A stretch of 63,424 bases of DNA, filler included, from Octopus bimaculoides (taxonomy: Eukaryota), in NCBI RefSeq assembly GCF_001194135.2. It is 4 parts of 4 records of this genome, joined end to end, with 100 filler letters (N's around TTAATTAATTAA, not from the genome) between each part and the next. Parts side by side here need not be neighbours in the genome. Positions count along the whole stretch, not along the records: positions 1 to 26,611 come from NC_068982.1; 3 more parts are not named here. One strand, written 5' to 3'. Below are positions 11,123 to 23,894 of this stretch, one piece after another (positions within the stretch are counted from its first letter, which is position 1; each line of letters starts with the position of its first letter). A program made the position numbers and the translations under genes. The notes beneath the pieces are model-generated. The model made no database searches. It saw only the letters and a list, made by a program, of their open reading frames with translations, and was not told the origin of the DNA.

Positions 11123-14100
11123 TGTATGTATGTATGTATTTCGTATTATTCGTATTTCCATACCCCAGCGTATACGGAGGGAATTAGTCTTGCTGTACAA
11201 CCGAAAGTATTTTTAAGTGTCCCTAGAGAAATGCATACACTCATAGGAAGGAGTACCCGTGGTTTTCCATTAGAATTATACCATGGTGATAAACATCTTC
11301 ACACCAAAATTTAAACATAGAATCTATATCCAAGCTGTTAACAATATATTATCGTAACGGAGACACTGAGAAGTTACTGACCGAGTAAATGAAGAGTTGA
11401 AGAATATATGTGTCCTGGTAACATAATCAAACATGTATGTAATCCGGAAGATTGTTGAGTTACTATCTGTTATACATATGTCTCAACCAAACGACCAACA
11501 TCTGACTGAAGTGACATCAAAAATTCAAGTTCCATGTTAAAATACACTTGGAAATAACTACTGATATATGAAGGCACCTCGAAATCGTTCCAACCTTAAG
11601 TTTCGCTCTCAATGAGGATCTATCCTAACAACAAAAAATCTGTTAAACACAGCTAGGACCGCATCCCAGAGACTAGACCTCTTCAGGTCCGATATGTATC
11701 TCAGCCCCCGACAATTATTGATACTCTACAAAGCTCGTGTGGTATCCATAATGGAGTATTGCTCCCATATTTGGGATCGTGTTGCTACAGCATACAAAGA
11801 CATTCTAGACAGCAGAAAAGGGCTGCTCGACTGGTTGGCAAAAAGTCGTACACAAATTTGTTCCAGCCTCTGTTCCATAGGCGCAATATTTTCTTTCTGC
11901 GCCCTCTTCTGCTGCAGCTTCTCCTTAGAGCAGGCTAGGTTCAAACCACTTCCAATTATGTATTGCCGCCCAAATCGCTCCCACCCCTACCCCATCCTCT
12001 TATCTCCTTTATTGTGTTCCCCGCAATAATCGCTGCGTTCATTCCTTCCTTTCTAAAACGTCGAACCTCGGGAATTCTGTTTTTGTTCAAATATTTGTCG
12101 CGAGTGTTCACATAGAAATCTTCAAGACGAACATTAATAGCACCAAACTCACCGATCTAAGAGAGCCTGTGAAGGTCAAGGGGCCCAGTAAGTAAAAAGA
12201 TGTCCTGCACTTTGTCGGGTTACCAATTCTAACCTGTTAGGAATCCGGAAAGCTTTCAGACGTTCACCAGTTTCAATCAATGAAAGCTATAGATTATTTT
12301 TAAACATTTATTCGGGCTTGGTCACCAATATTTACGTTAAGTGTATATGTTGTTGCAAATAAAAAAGCGGTAAATTTTTAAAGGGATGATAGACAAGTCT
12401 TTCTTCAAGATATAAAAGTATTTTCTTGAACGCTAAACGGAGTTAACTGCATCACAGCGGATTCAGAAATGTTTAAGGAAATCAACAGCAAAAAGTTTTT
12501 TGGTTAACCAAAGTTCACAGAGTATCTTGTCATTACGAGCACGTACATATAACACTATTTGTGTGTGCATGAGAAAAATTTGTCAACATATATTGCATGG
12601 CCTGAGCCGGATAGGGAATTGTTCTTTGTCGTCTTAGATATTTTTCATCATGGAATGTTAAACGAATATCAATTTTAATAATTATCATAACGCAGATACG
12701 TCGTGAAACAGATTCAAGTGAATTCATATGACTGGTCGAATGCGACCAACAAGTGAAAAAATTTTGCCGGGCTAGCAAAGAAACAAGAAATAAAAACCTA
12801 CCTTTGAGGTTCTTCCATAGTGTATAATAGGTACACGGCGAGTCAGTGAGTCATATGTTCAGGTTTCAAATCTGACAAGAAATTTTGCTCCATATGCATG
12901 CATACATATTTGATTATGTTACCGGAAACCTAACATAGATTATCAAAGTAGTCTATCTTGAACCAACAACCTAAATATTAACTCTTACTTTGATGGTTAT
13001 ACTTTTGCACTACTGAAACAAGAAACAACAGTTATACATTGTCACGAGGTTTAGTTAACTGTTGCCATGATAGATATAGGGTGAAGGATATGAGATGCTG
13101 GTAGTTGAGATGGGTTCTGGCTGCGTAAAATGAATGGGACAACACTTGTGAACAAATAACAGAATTTTATTTCACCGCACAAATATTTTCCATGCTGGTC
13201 ATCAATTGAAAATGCGACAACAAAATTTACACAGTAGAAAGGACAACTCTTACAAATAGTTTAATAAGAAAGCTCTGTGAGTAAACTGCCTAGACAGGAG
13301 AAAATATACATACTGGGTTCATGTTGGTGAACTAGAGCTATTATATAGGTTAAGTGAAAGCCATGAGAATGGCTGCTAAGAGCAGCAAAATGAGAATATG
13401 GTTAGCTTAATTGCGGGTGGCTACAAATTGAAGTTTAACACTCAAAACGTGCCTATTTATAAGCTTTGTAAAGGAACGTTCTCAGCTTCTAGAACGATGC
13501 ATTACGTGGTATCTCGATGCTGATTGGTCCACAACTCGGCCGATATCATGAAAAAGCTGTTGGTAAGCTGTGATTTTAACTTGGCAGTTTGTCGATTCGC
13601 TTTCGAACCTTGCAACAACTTGATACACAAAAGAGATTGGGATGCAAGTTAGCATCTAACAGTGACACCTATGCACTCTTAGTAGAATTAAATTGAGGAT
13701 GACATACATGTCATGAGCAGTTGTTTCAAAATTTTATCAATGTATCTACATATATATGTACATACCTATAGAAGCATAAATAGTATACACAGTACTTAAA
13801 CAGGCATAACAGTGTGTAAACACGTAAACAGTACAAAAACATATACACGCACATAAGCAGTTATGAAGTCCACAAACTTGTATACTAACATGATTCGTGT
13901 GGCAACAGCTACTCTATCAGTGCAAGTTTACACACATATACACACACATACATCATCACACACACACATCATCACACACACACACACACTCACTAACTCA
14001 CACACATATACTCACGCTCTCACACATGCCCTCTCACACATATATATCTATATATATGCACACAGTGACTGATTCACAAAACTATAAATTTCAAGAGACA

Positions 14101-14637
14101 TTTTAAATGAAACAAAAGAGCCGTGTTAAATGTTTGTGATCGCCTTGACTGGCAAAAATGCAAATATATCCTAGTGAAATAACATGCGAACAAGCGAAAT
14201 GTGACAAGCAATGTTACAGGATCCAAAAGACGGAGGAAAATACTTTTTATAAATGCGCTTGTAACAAGGAGAACGTAACCAGGGAACGAAACTGTCAGTT
14301 AAAAATAAATAGTCCCCAGGGTTTCTACAAACAATTAATCACGTAGATCAGAAGTTTGCAAATCCAGGATTCATGTTTATTATTATTGGAGCAACAGGAT
14401 ACATACCAACGTGCCTGGAGCAAAATATGGCTGAACTTGGGTTGTAGGGGAGAGAAAACAACTCTTTAATCCATAAGCTACAAATAGTCACAATATCTGG
14501 GACAATAAAAATCTGCAAGACCTTCTTAAGTTTCACAACCTTACTACCAAGCAGGTGGGAGGTCCAAATTAACTCTAAATCTAACAGAGAAAAAGAAAAC
14601 ATGCATACATACGAGATGCATACATACATACATACAT

Positions 14638-14671
<34 letters not shown>

Positions 14672-14709
14672 TCACACACACACACACACACATACATNNN
14701 NNNNNNNAT

Positions 14710-14743
<34 letters not shown>

Positions 14744-15573
14744 TCACACACACACACACACACATACATACATACATACATACATACATAAAATATATTT
14801 GCACGTCAGCATATTCATAATCAACCTTTGGTGGTCAGTTTTCAGGAACTTGGCACACCATTTGGAAAAGCAAGAAATTTGTCCACGATGATTCAATCAA
14901 TATTGAGTCTAAAGAATTTTCTTCAAACTCAAGAGGAAGTATTTCATTTGTGGAAACGGATGCAAGGTAAAGTTCGTCCTTTTAATCGGAATATTTTTAA
15001 CAAATGGAAAATAAGATAGCTTTAAATCGTTTGAATGAAAAGTTTATTGTATGCAATTTTAACACTGATGAAACACGAGAAAAGGGAGTTGTAAAATATC
15101 CAGAGTTATTACTGCCCAAGAGCAAAAAGTATTGGTCTCTCAACAAAATGATTGATTGTTTGTAATCCAATATCAATATTTACGCTCACTAATTCCTCTC
15201 TTTTTAAGCCATTATTAAGGTTACACTAGTTCGGTGTGATTGAACCATTAAACTGTTGGTTTTATATCAGCGTGACCATTTCCTAAGTTAGTTGTCAACG
15301 AAGGTTAGCAAGCCAAGGCTGTAGAATCAATTAAACCACCCAATACAATGTCACACCACCATATTTATAACAAAGACTGACACCGTGAGAAGGTATTAGT
15401 GAAGACATAATAATATAAGGAGAGGCTATGTACTGGCACATGTATGATTTGTTAACGTCATACAGAACCGCTCATTAATCACGACATGGGACCAGTAAGA
15501 CCAGATAAAACATGTTACTTCATTATAGTGATATACTGTTTTACTGCTTTACTAATTTTAGCTATACATACAT

Positions 15574-15607
<34 letters not shown>

Positions 15608-18600
15608 CCTGCTGAGAAGAATTGAGGTTCTAGCCAAAATTCCAAATAATGATCCAGATATATCTGTTTCCTCATTCTACGACTTTTTAACTGAGATAGT
15701 ATGTTAAATTCTGCTCATTTTCCCGATTTCTGTTGGTCCGTTATATATTTTCAGTGAGATTGGTGATTAAATTGGGGGCTTTTACTTCCACTTTCTAGTG
15801 AGCTGGTGCTTCGTGTACCTTCTAATATAATTATGAATATGTGTATGTGTGTGTGTGTGTGTACGCACGCACACACATACACACATATAGTCATCATACT
15901 CATGGATCATGAGATAAGCGGAAAGAATAGCAATATTTAATCATATATCCAGATATATTACAATATATTCTCTTGACTCAGATTTGTAACTTCTGTAACC
16001 TCTGGTTTAAGTTTGAAACTCTTTAGATTACTTTGACATGATTTCTAGAACAGCATACAGTCAGCCTTTTAGTGCTGATCCTCCAGTATATAGACATCTA
16101 TATAATAATTGATAATGTCTTTATGTACACCTTTTGAAACTTGATATTCAAAGGGAATACTTTATAGGACTGTAAAACACTAAACTAGTCCTTGACCATC
16201 AACTCGGCCTTGATATGGTAGGCAGAGCGGGTAGTGGCTTTCGCAACCGTACCTCATACGTAGTAATCCATGAGATTACAATCGGGGAATTAGGAGGCCA
16301 GAAATTGGGGCTGGTGAAGTCGTACAAATTATCGGACAGCCGCTTCTGCTGCCACATGTATGGCCTTTCAATAGCAACCTTCTCCAGCCAGGGTTTGCTC
16401 ACAGTCTCCAACAGATTCACATAATTGTCTGAATTGAGCCCCGGCTGTTGAATAAATTCTAACGTGCTGACACATTCAGAACGCCTGTTGTGTCCCTTCC
16501 TGCTTGTCACTGCTTCGTAGTTTCCGTTGCAGCTCTCCAGGTCACGTCTTACAGCCTTAAGACAGAGCATTGAGCAGCAGGCATGCCGTCACTATTGTTA
16601 ATACGCGGCGCAAGTCATCATGATACTGGTAACTCTTTTCCGGTATTCAAATGGCTTTCAATCCTCCATGTTAGCTACCTTTTTCTCAACTACGACTTTC
16701 TTTAATCTTCATGCTTTCCAATACATCAAGCTGTTCTTGAAAGAAAGGAGACATTAAAATCGTCAAATTTAGCTCGAATACTCTCTACTACAACTAAAGT
16801 ACTTTGGTAACATATATGATTTTTCTTTTCTTCGCAATAGAGAAAACAAGTTGCACTCGACACCTGTAACTGGGGTGGCAAAAACAGACAAAAACAGTAA
16901 GTGTATTTTTTTCTTATTTCTCTTGCATTTTGTATTTCTCTTGTGATAAAACGCTTGAAAGCATGAGGAAACTATCGTATTAATGTATGGTTTGACGATA
17001 TGCATAGATAACTGTATGGGTGTTTAGCGTGAATGGATATAAAGATAATATAGGAATAAAGCTTCAATGTATATAAATGGAAATATAGTTTGAATATACT
17101 CGTATAAAAAGTCATATTGACTGCAGATGAATAGTTTAAATATTTGTAGAGATATAAATTGTATGAATATATGTGAAGCTAACTGTATGGAATTATATTT
17201 GGAATATATATATGCAGATATTTTAATAGAAATGTTTGAATATATATAGAAAGAGAGAGATTTGTAGCAGTCTAGTTCGAATGCTTATAAAGGTAACTAA
17301 ATGCAAGTGTAATATGATTATATGAGAGATAACTATATGGAGGTATACTTTAAATATTTGTAGATGAGTAATTCAATGAGATGGGCTTTAAATGTATAGA
17401 GTGATATATAAGTGGAGCTATTGTTTTAACAAATATAGATATGTACAAATGGAGCTATAGAATAAAGATATGGAAGAGTGTAGAACACAAATGAATGAAA
17501 ATATAATTTTTGGAGTTTCTGCTGTATAGATGAAGAATTCAGATTCATTCATGTACGTCTTCACAAGTTGTTTTCATACCAAGACAATATACCTATACTT
17601 TTACATGTTTTCGTAATAGTTGAGGTAGAGGAGTGGGTGACTGATACACACAATAGAGATAGGTTGAGTTACAACCCTCATGGAAGATATTTTGGATGGA
17701 CATGCGCGTAGATAGGGAAAAAGTTTTTCTTTTTCTAAATTTGGTAAACAGGATACGTATCTAGATTGATGCACTGGTGAATAGCGTCGAAAATAGTTTT
17801 GTTTATGGTGATTTATACAATGACACTAATATTGGTGCATTCTTAATATTGAAGCAAAGGGTACTGAACACTATATAAGGTGAAACTAACTTCATTTTAT
17901 AAAATACATAGCCTGTGTGTTGGTGACAGAATACTACTTCAATGAAGTAGAAAATGTTTAATAGGTTAATCATAGAAGTTCATTCGGTATATTTAACCTT
18001 GAAACTACATAGCCCTATATATAGTTTAGTTCAAATTTTTTAATCAAAGCAAAATAGTTGATAACACTAACAACATATTATTTTGGTTAAATATTTCGAC
18101 TGAGTATTTTATTTGAATGCAACACAAGTTTCGAAGAATTTAGAAAGTAAAGAAATAAACTAACACCCACCCACCACTCTACGCAACTCATTCAAGAAAC
18201 TATGGAAGCTGGTAACTTAAGATGCTCTCCGAAATATTCTATATAACAATACAATGGATTTATGTGTGGATTATCCTGTTACCAAAAAAAGTGAGGGTTT
18301 GTTTCTGCTTTATAAAGCAGCATCAGCACAACTCTGAAGCTGCAACAGTTATATTACTTCTAAGGAAATTTTCTGATTATCACAAAAGAGTTTAAAATTA
18401 AAAATGAACATTGAAATATTTGTACTTTTATAAATCAGTCACGAAGAGGATGATGAAGAGACAAATTGAATAGTAAATTTCGAGAGGGAATTGCCGTGAT
18501 TCCTGCATTTCCTGACCACATGTATCACATATGTAACAGATATATATTACTGATAGATGTAATGAATGCAACAGTTAGTAGTATTAATAGCAGATTATCT

Positions 18601-20064
18601 AAATTCCGTGGGACAGTGTGATATGCACTAAATGAACCAATAGAAGGAAAAAGATTATTTCTTACAGATTTTATTTATGAGTCAGTTCTTCGATAGGAGC
18701 AAGTTACAAAGGCTGTATCAGTCGGCTGTTTTACAGCGATGACGGGACGTTGATAGTAAGAACAGCAGCCCTGTACTTCCGGCCACGAATCGGATAGTAA
18801 AGAGAAATAGGCATACTAGAAAGATATAGACATATTCGTGCGCCAAAGTGTTGGATGAAAAAAAGAGAGAGGCATGTTCCTTTGGCAAAGTGCCGGGTGA
18901 GAGAGAGAGAGAGAGAGAGAGCATGCACTTTCGGCAGCGATGCCGAATAAAGAAGGAAGAATTCTATTTAGTGTTCTGTATTTATACATGTTTGAAAGTT
19001 GGATGTAGGTTGAAGAACAAAAGAAGGTGAATGCGTTTATCTCCGTTGAGCTGTTAAGTTAAGGAACAGAACTTATCTAAGTATGATAGTTGACATGCAT
19101 AAATTTACAATTGCAATTGCCGAGAACAATAGAAAGGAGCCTACAGAAGAAAAAAATCTAGTCTGGGGTTTTGATTCTTGGCTAAAAATCCAGGAAACAA
19201 TCATTTTCATCACTATCACCTTTTAGTGATGTTTTCAAAAACGAAACGATTCTAGGAAAATTGACAGAGATGTACACTGCGTGAAAATTTAACAACATTC
19301 TAATTTGTGAATGAAGAATATAAAGTGTACAGGATACAGGTGGATGTAATGCAAGATCAGAAATATGAAAGATAATAAGAAAGGAAATCTGGGGATATAC
19401 ATTTGGGACAGCAGGTGCATATTCGAGTGCGTTGCAATAGCATACAGGGCCGGTTATGTACAGAGCGTGCCGTCTGGTTTCGTGCGTGTCAGCTTGGGAA
19501 CAGCGTTAAGTGAGTTTGCTCGTAACTGGATACCGAATTGTTTATACATGTACGTGGGAACGGTGCAGCTGCGGACTTCCGTTGAAGGAGCCGAGGCAGA
19601 GAGTGCCATTCTGAATCCTTGGTCTAATAGGAAAATTTCTGGTAGAAGAGTGCATTCTGTGGAAGGTGCTTTAAATGAAGTGCAGAAGCCTAGTGTGTCT
19701 GGCACTGTAACTAAATGTGATTGCTGTGGGAAAGCAAATACGACAAACTAACTGCAAGACAAATGATGGATGCGCAAATTCAGGTAACTTATTCTATGCG
19801 CATCGTAACCAGAGTGAGATCATAAAGAGGTAAGTCTCTGGAAGTGCGAGCGCAGAAAGCATGGTCCGTGTTTCATAGTTCAAAGAGGCATCCGACGTGC
19901 GCAGAGTTGACACAGACATGGAAACTAATTGCTGAAGGCACAAATATTAGAGAGAGAGAGGGAGGGAGAGAGAGAGAGAGAGAGAGAGAAAGAGTGTGTG
20001 TGTGTGTGTGTGTGATAGTGGCTGTAAGCGTGAATGCATGTATATACGAACGTTTCTTTTTTTA

Positions 20065-20135
<71 letters not shown>

Positions 20136-21714
20136 TCTGCAGCAAAAAATAAGTAAACAAGCAAAAACCTGCAAGCATTTATGCAAATAAGCAACGTACA
20201 ATATGTGTTTATTATTTTTCAGTTACAGTGAGGATCGTCTCAACGGACTACAATTCTACGGCACTGCTCATTTACTGTACCGATCTCACAGAGTCTACAT
20301 GTCATCCAGACCATTACTATTTCGAGATAGCCTCAAGGACGCGCACAATGGAACCCGATGATGAAATACGGATTCTGACTGAAATAAATACTGTCAGTGG
20401 AAGATTTGAAGAAATGACGTACCTGGGTGCAGGTAACTTTCACATTCACATTTAAGGGAGAAAATATATTATAGTCATGAAAACAAAACGTCAGATTATG
20501 AGAATTAGTTCTTAGTGATACATTCTGAGATTATGTCATCTGAGGTCAAGCTAACGAGGAATCTTCAATGCGGACGTTCGACCAGCTAAAATGATCAACT
20601 AGAGCTTCTTCAAATTACAATTTACAATTAAAAAAAAAAAAAGTAAACATGGGATAGTGTGATCACACTCATTCCTATACATAAGTAAAAATGGGATGAG
20701 TGTGATCACAAGTCTACTCGATCAGGGCTGATTTGAGGGTGACAACAGCATTCGAGGGATCAGAATAAGTAATATAGCTAGACAAATGTCATATCCGAAG
20801 AACTACAGCATCCGGAAGAATAAATTCTAGTTTTACATATTAGGGTTTCCGGATAATATGCACATGGGTCATCAAAACCTCTGGAAATTATAAAATCTGA
20901 GTGACTAGGACATTAAAGAAGTATGACATCACCGGAGATAAAAGGATACCCATGGAAATAGACTTTAGCTTCTTCTTCAAATTTGATTCAATCATCATTC
21001 TTTACCAGCATTCAAACAATATCTATCCTGTCAGTGATCCTGATATACCCCTATCCTTGTCTTGTTGGTTGACTCATAGAAATCCATTCTGTTTGAAGAT
21101 AATTTATATCCCTACATTCCATCTACTTCACTTAGATTTTTCATTTTGAGTTATATTTAAATAAACATTTTTTTCTCACAAAACATGCAATATGGACTTC
21201 TCTTCTTGTGACTGTGAAATAGTCCAAACTGTGAGTCATCTGAAGGTTTGCTCTTATTGTATTTTCCTTGATATTTGAATAATTTGAGAAACAACACAAA
21301 TGTTTCGCAATATTGCATAAAAAGAGAGAAGATTTTAGATAGACATGTCATAATTATTATATCCGTTTCTAATTTTGGAACAAGGCCAGCAGTTTCTGAG
21401 GAAGGGATCAATCGATTACATTGACTTCCAGTGCTCAACATTTTATCGATCACGAAAGGATGAAAGGCAAAGTCGACCCCGACGGAATTAGAATTCAGAA
21501 AATAAAGACGGACGAAATGCCGCAAAGCATTTTGCCCGGCATGCTAACGATTCTGCCAGGTCGCCGCCTTTGTCATAACAATAATATTAAAATTATCATC
21601 TTTATCATATCATTTATTTTTGGCACTTATATTGTCTTGTTTATTTCAGACTGTGAAGGAGACAGTGTCGTATTCGATTCCATTCCCGTCACCGCATCCT
21701 TCTCCCTGGACAAT
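8853..21714 (+). CDS. Secreted lipocalin-family protein (RBP4/purpurin/ApoD-like), multi-exon, apparently multi-domain, 3' incomplete
   Basis: Phase-compatible GT-AG exons: 8853-8978 (MSCGIVLLFVTVVSSLVIAAPLNKEVPFNLSSVNQMNFDFSM, hydrophobic signal peptide, phase 0); 14839-14966 (FSGTWHTIW...ETDA, GxW motif, phase 2); 16841-16896 (RENKLHSTPVTGVAKTDKN, phase 1); 20223-20432 (ITVRIVSTDYNSTALLIYCTDLTESTCHPDHYYFEIASRTRTMEP...YLGA, TDY and SR motifs, phase 1); 21650-21714 (DCEGDSVVFDSIPVTASFSLDN, phase 0 donor GTAAGC). The join gives 195 open codons with no stop. The exon-2 acceptor is pyrimidine-poor, and one small exon may be missing between 16896 and 20223. Confidence 0.8.
9205..9700 (+). mobile_element. 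LINE (CR1/Jockey-like) APE endonuclease fragment in lipocalin intron 1
   Basis: SLLFSNIRGLRSNLDH...IRETNLS at the start and a GDxN motif (GDINIHN, frameshifted) near 9600. Confidence 0.75.
11640..12150 (+). mobile_element. LINE (CR1/Jockey-like) RT C-terminal fragment
   Basis: YLSPRQLLILYKARVVSIMEYCSHIW matches the LYKxxxRxxMEYCSHIW motif. Same orientation as 9205-9700, so possibly the same broken element. Confidence 0.75.
14370..14550 (+). mobile_element. R4/Dong-like non-LTR retrotransposon 3' fragment (restriction-like endonuclease C-terminus)
   Basis: FIIIGATGYIPTCLEQNMAELGL*...LIHKLQIVTISGTIKICKTFLSF; homologous to 36100-36280. Confidence 0.55.
16195..16760 (-). mobile_element. Tc1/mariner-superfamily (maT/DD37D-like) transposase fragment
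   Basis: LNSDNYVNLLETVSKPWLEKVAIERPYMWQQ...FWPPNSPDCN(L)MDYYV on the minus strand, with frameshifts; same family as 56090-56540. Confidence 0.8.
19380..19800 (+). mobile_element. Possible degenerate LTR-retrotransposon gag fragment
   Basis: LGTALSEFARNW...VQLRTSVEGAEAESAIL...KCDCCGKAN loosely resembles Gypsy gag followed by a zinc knuckle; heavily decayed. Confidence 0.3.
21425..21570 (-). mobile_element. tRNA-head SINE (family with GTCGACTTTGCCTTTCATCCTTTCG core)
   Basis: Reverse complement of the core also seen at 33325, 44455, 50025, 52615 and 60630. Confidence 0.8.
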
Positions 21715-22099
21715 GTAAGCACAAAGTTTTAAATCACTACGGTCTATAATGTGAAGTAATAGTTCATAGAAGAAATCAGAAGAATTTTTATATCATAGAC
21801 TGCCTCTGTCAAAACGAAATTAAGGTTAAAAAACTACAATAATGTGTCCTGAAATACTTTCAATAGATATGAACTCAAAACATATGTGGGTTGATAGGTA
21901 AACACTTTATCTACTTACCCAATACTGAAAACATTTGGAAAAGAACCCCTCTTTATCTTTAGAGTGAAAGTGCTAATTACGACACAAATATATCGAAATG
22001 TCACATATCGTATTGATACTAGGATATAGCTACTGATTCCTTTACAAATTTGTAGGTCTCTCTTGTGGAGTCAATGTATATCTTAAGGTTTTTTATATC

Positions 22100-22380
22100 T
22101 TGTAATGTTATTGTATGTCTTGTAGTATTGCTGTGTGACTTTTAGTATTGTAGTATATATTATAGTATTGTTGCGTGTCTTATGGTATTGATGAATGTTA
22201 AGTAGTATTGGTGTACGACTTGTAATATTGGGTGTATTATTTTGTTTATGAGCGTCCTGCAGTATTGTTGTGGGCCTTGCAGCATTGTCGTGTCGTTTAA
22301 TATGGTAATATATTTGTAGTACCACTGTGTGCCTTGCAGAGTTATTGCATGCTGTATAGAGTTGTGTCGTAATGTTGTTA
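22100..22380. repeat. Degenerate minisatellite (about 20-bp unit, TTGTAGTATTG-like)
   Basis: Recurrent TTGTAGTATTG / TTGCAGCATTG / TATAGTATTG motifs spaced roughly 20 bp apart. Confidence 0.55.
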
Positions 22381-23852
22381 AATGAAGTCGGTAAGCTCCA
22401 GCGAAAGCTCGAAGATCCTAACTTCCCGCAGAAGTGCTTTGGGAACACCTAGCCACAATGATGTTTCAGACCTAGAGACTGGTTCAATGAAAACAGCAAG
22501 AAGACACAGGATTTGCTGGCTAAGAAGATATCGCTCCCCACATGCTCCTTTCTCGGCCGACTTTTCCTAATGAGAAAAGCATTCCTTCGACTTATATATA
22601 ATGTACTCTTATTATTTGAAAATAATTCATACATGTGATACTCCATACATGTGATACATAGTGAATCATAACCCCATTAAAATATATAAAAATTAATTTA
22701 ACTAAATATACATATAATCACCTAAGCTATCAAAAAATAAGACTAATACATTTAAATAAATAAAAATTTGTAATAAAAATTGAAATTCTCACAATTAAAT
22801 AAGTAGAAGTTAAATAAATATGTTTATATANNNNNNNNNNNNNNNNNNNNNNNNNNNNNNNNNNNNNNNNNNNNNNNNNNNNNNNNNNNNNNNNNNNNNN
22901 NNNNNNNNNNNNNNNNNNNNNNNNNNNNNNNNNNNNNNNNNNNNNNNNNNNNNNNNNNNNNNNNNNNNNNNNNNNNNNNNNNNNNNNNNNNNNNNNAGTA
23001 TGACCTTCTGCCAGCACTACATAATTCACTGATGAACATGTCTGCTATTTTGGTTGATGTTGTCGTTGTTATATATAAAGTCATCTCTAATCAAGTAGAC
23101 CATTTACCAAAGATATCGAGTCTTGTTGGTCTTTTATTCAGATATAGGTCACATTATCCAATATACCTTTGTTTTTTTAAGAGAGCAGCCATATTGTCTT
23201 CAAATCCAGCCCAAATATTTTGTAACAGACCAAGTCGCAGCAGCAGCAGCAGCAGTAGCAGCAGCAACAGTAGTAGTAGTAGTAGTAGTAGTAGTAGTTG
23301 ATGTTGTTGTTGTCGATGATGGTGGTGGTGGTGGTGGTGGTGGTGGTGCCATCGTCATTGTTGTTTCTTTGTGATCATTATTCAGCACCAGACTAGCTCT
23401 TTTCCAGCAGGCCTATGATCAAAGATGTTCCAGCTTTGACCATTGTATCTTTTATTGAGATACAGTATACGTTGGACTATATTATATAATGTGTCCTTGT
23501 TTCAAGATAATAGAGTGTAATTTAAAGAAGATTTCATTGATATTTCTAACAGGTCGAATAAAAACATTGGAGCACTGTTTGTCGTCTGAAATCTTTATCT
23601 TCCGTGTGTTGCGCAGCCCTATTATTATTATTCATCAGACAAACAAAACTGTTGTTACATCAAGATTCTTTATCTTTCTAGATTCTTGGAAATTCCTTTG
23701 CCTTAGCACAAACAAACTTCACAGGAGCCAAACCCTTGTTAGCACACAGCATTTACCTACCTCAGATAAATCAGATTGTAGGGTGGTTCACCATTTTAAT
23801 GTAAGTAAAGTGTACTTAACTTGTATACCATGTTTTTATTTCATATTTAAGT

Positions 23853-23894
<42 letters not shown>

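Noticed and set aside
14601-14790. Apparent tandem duplication of a TACA/CA tract
   Set aside because: Identical microsatellite on either side of a 10-N gap; contig overlap.
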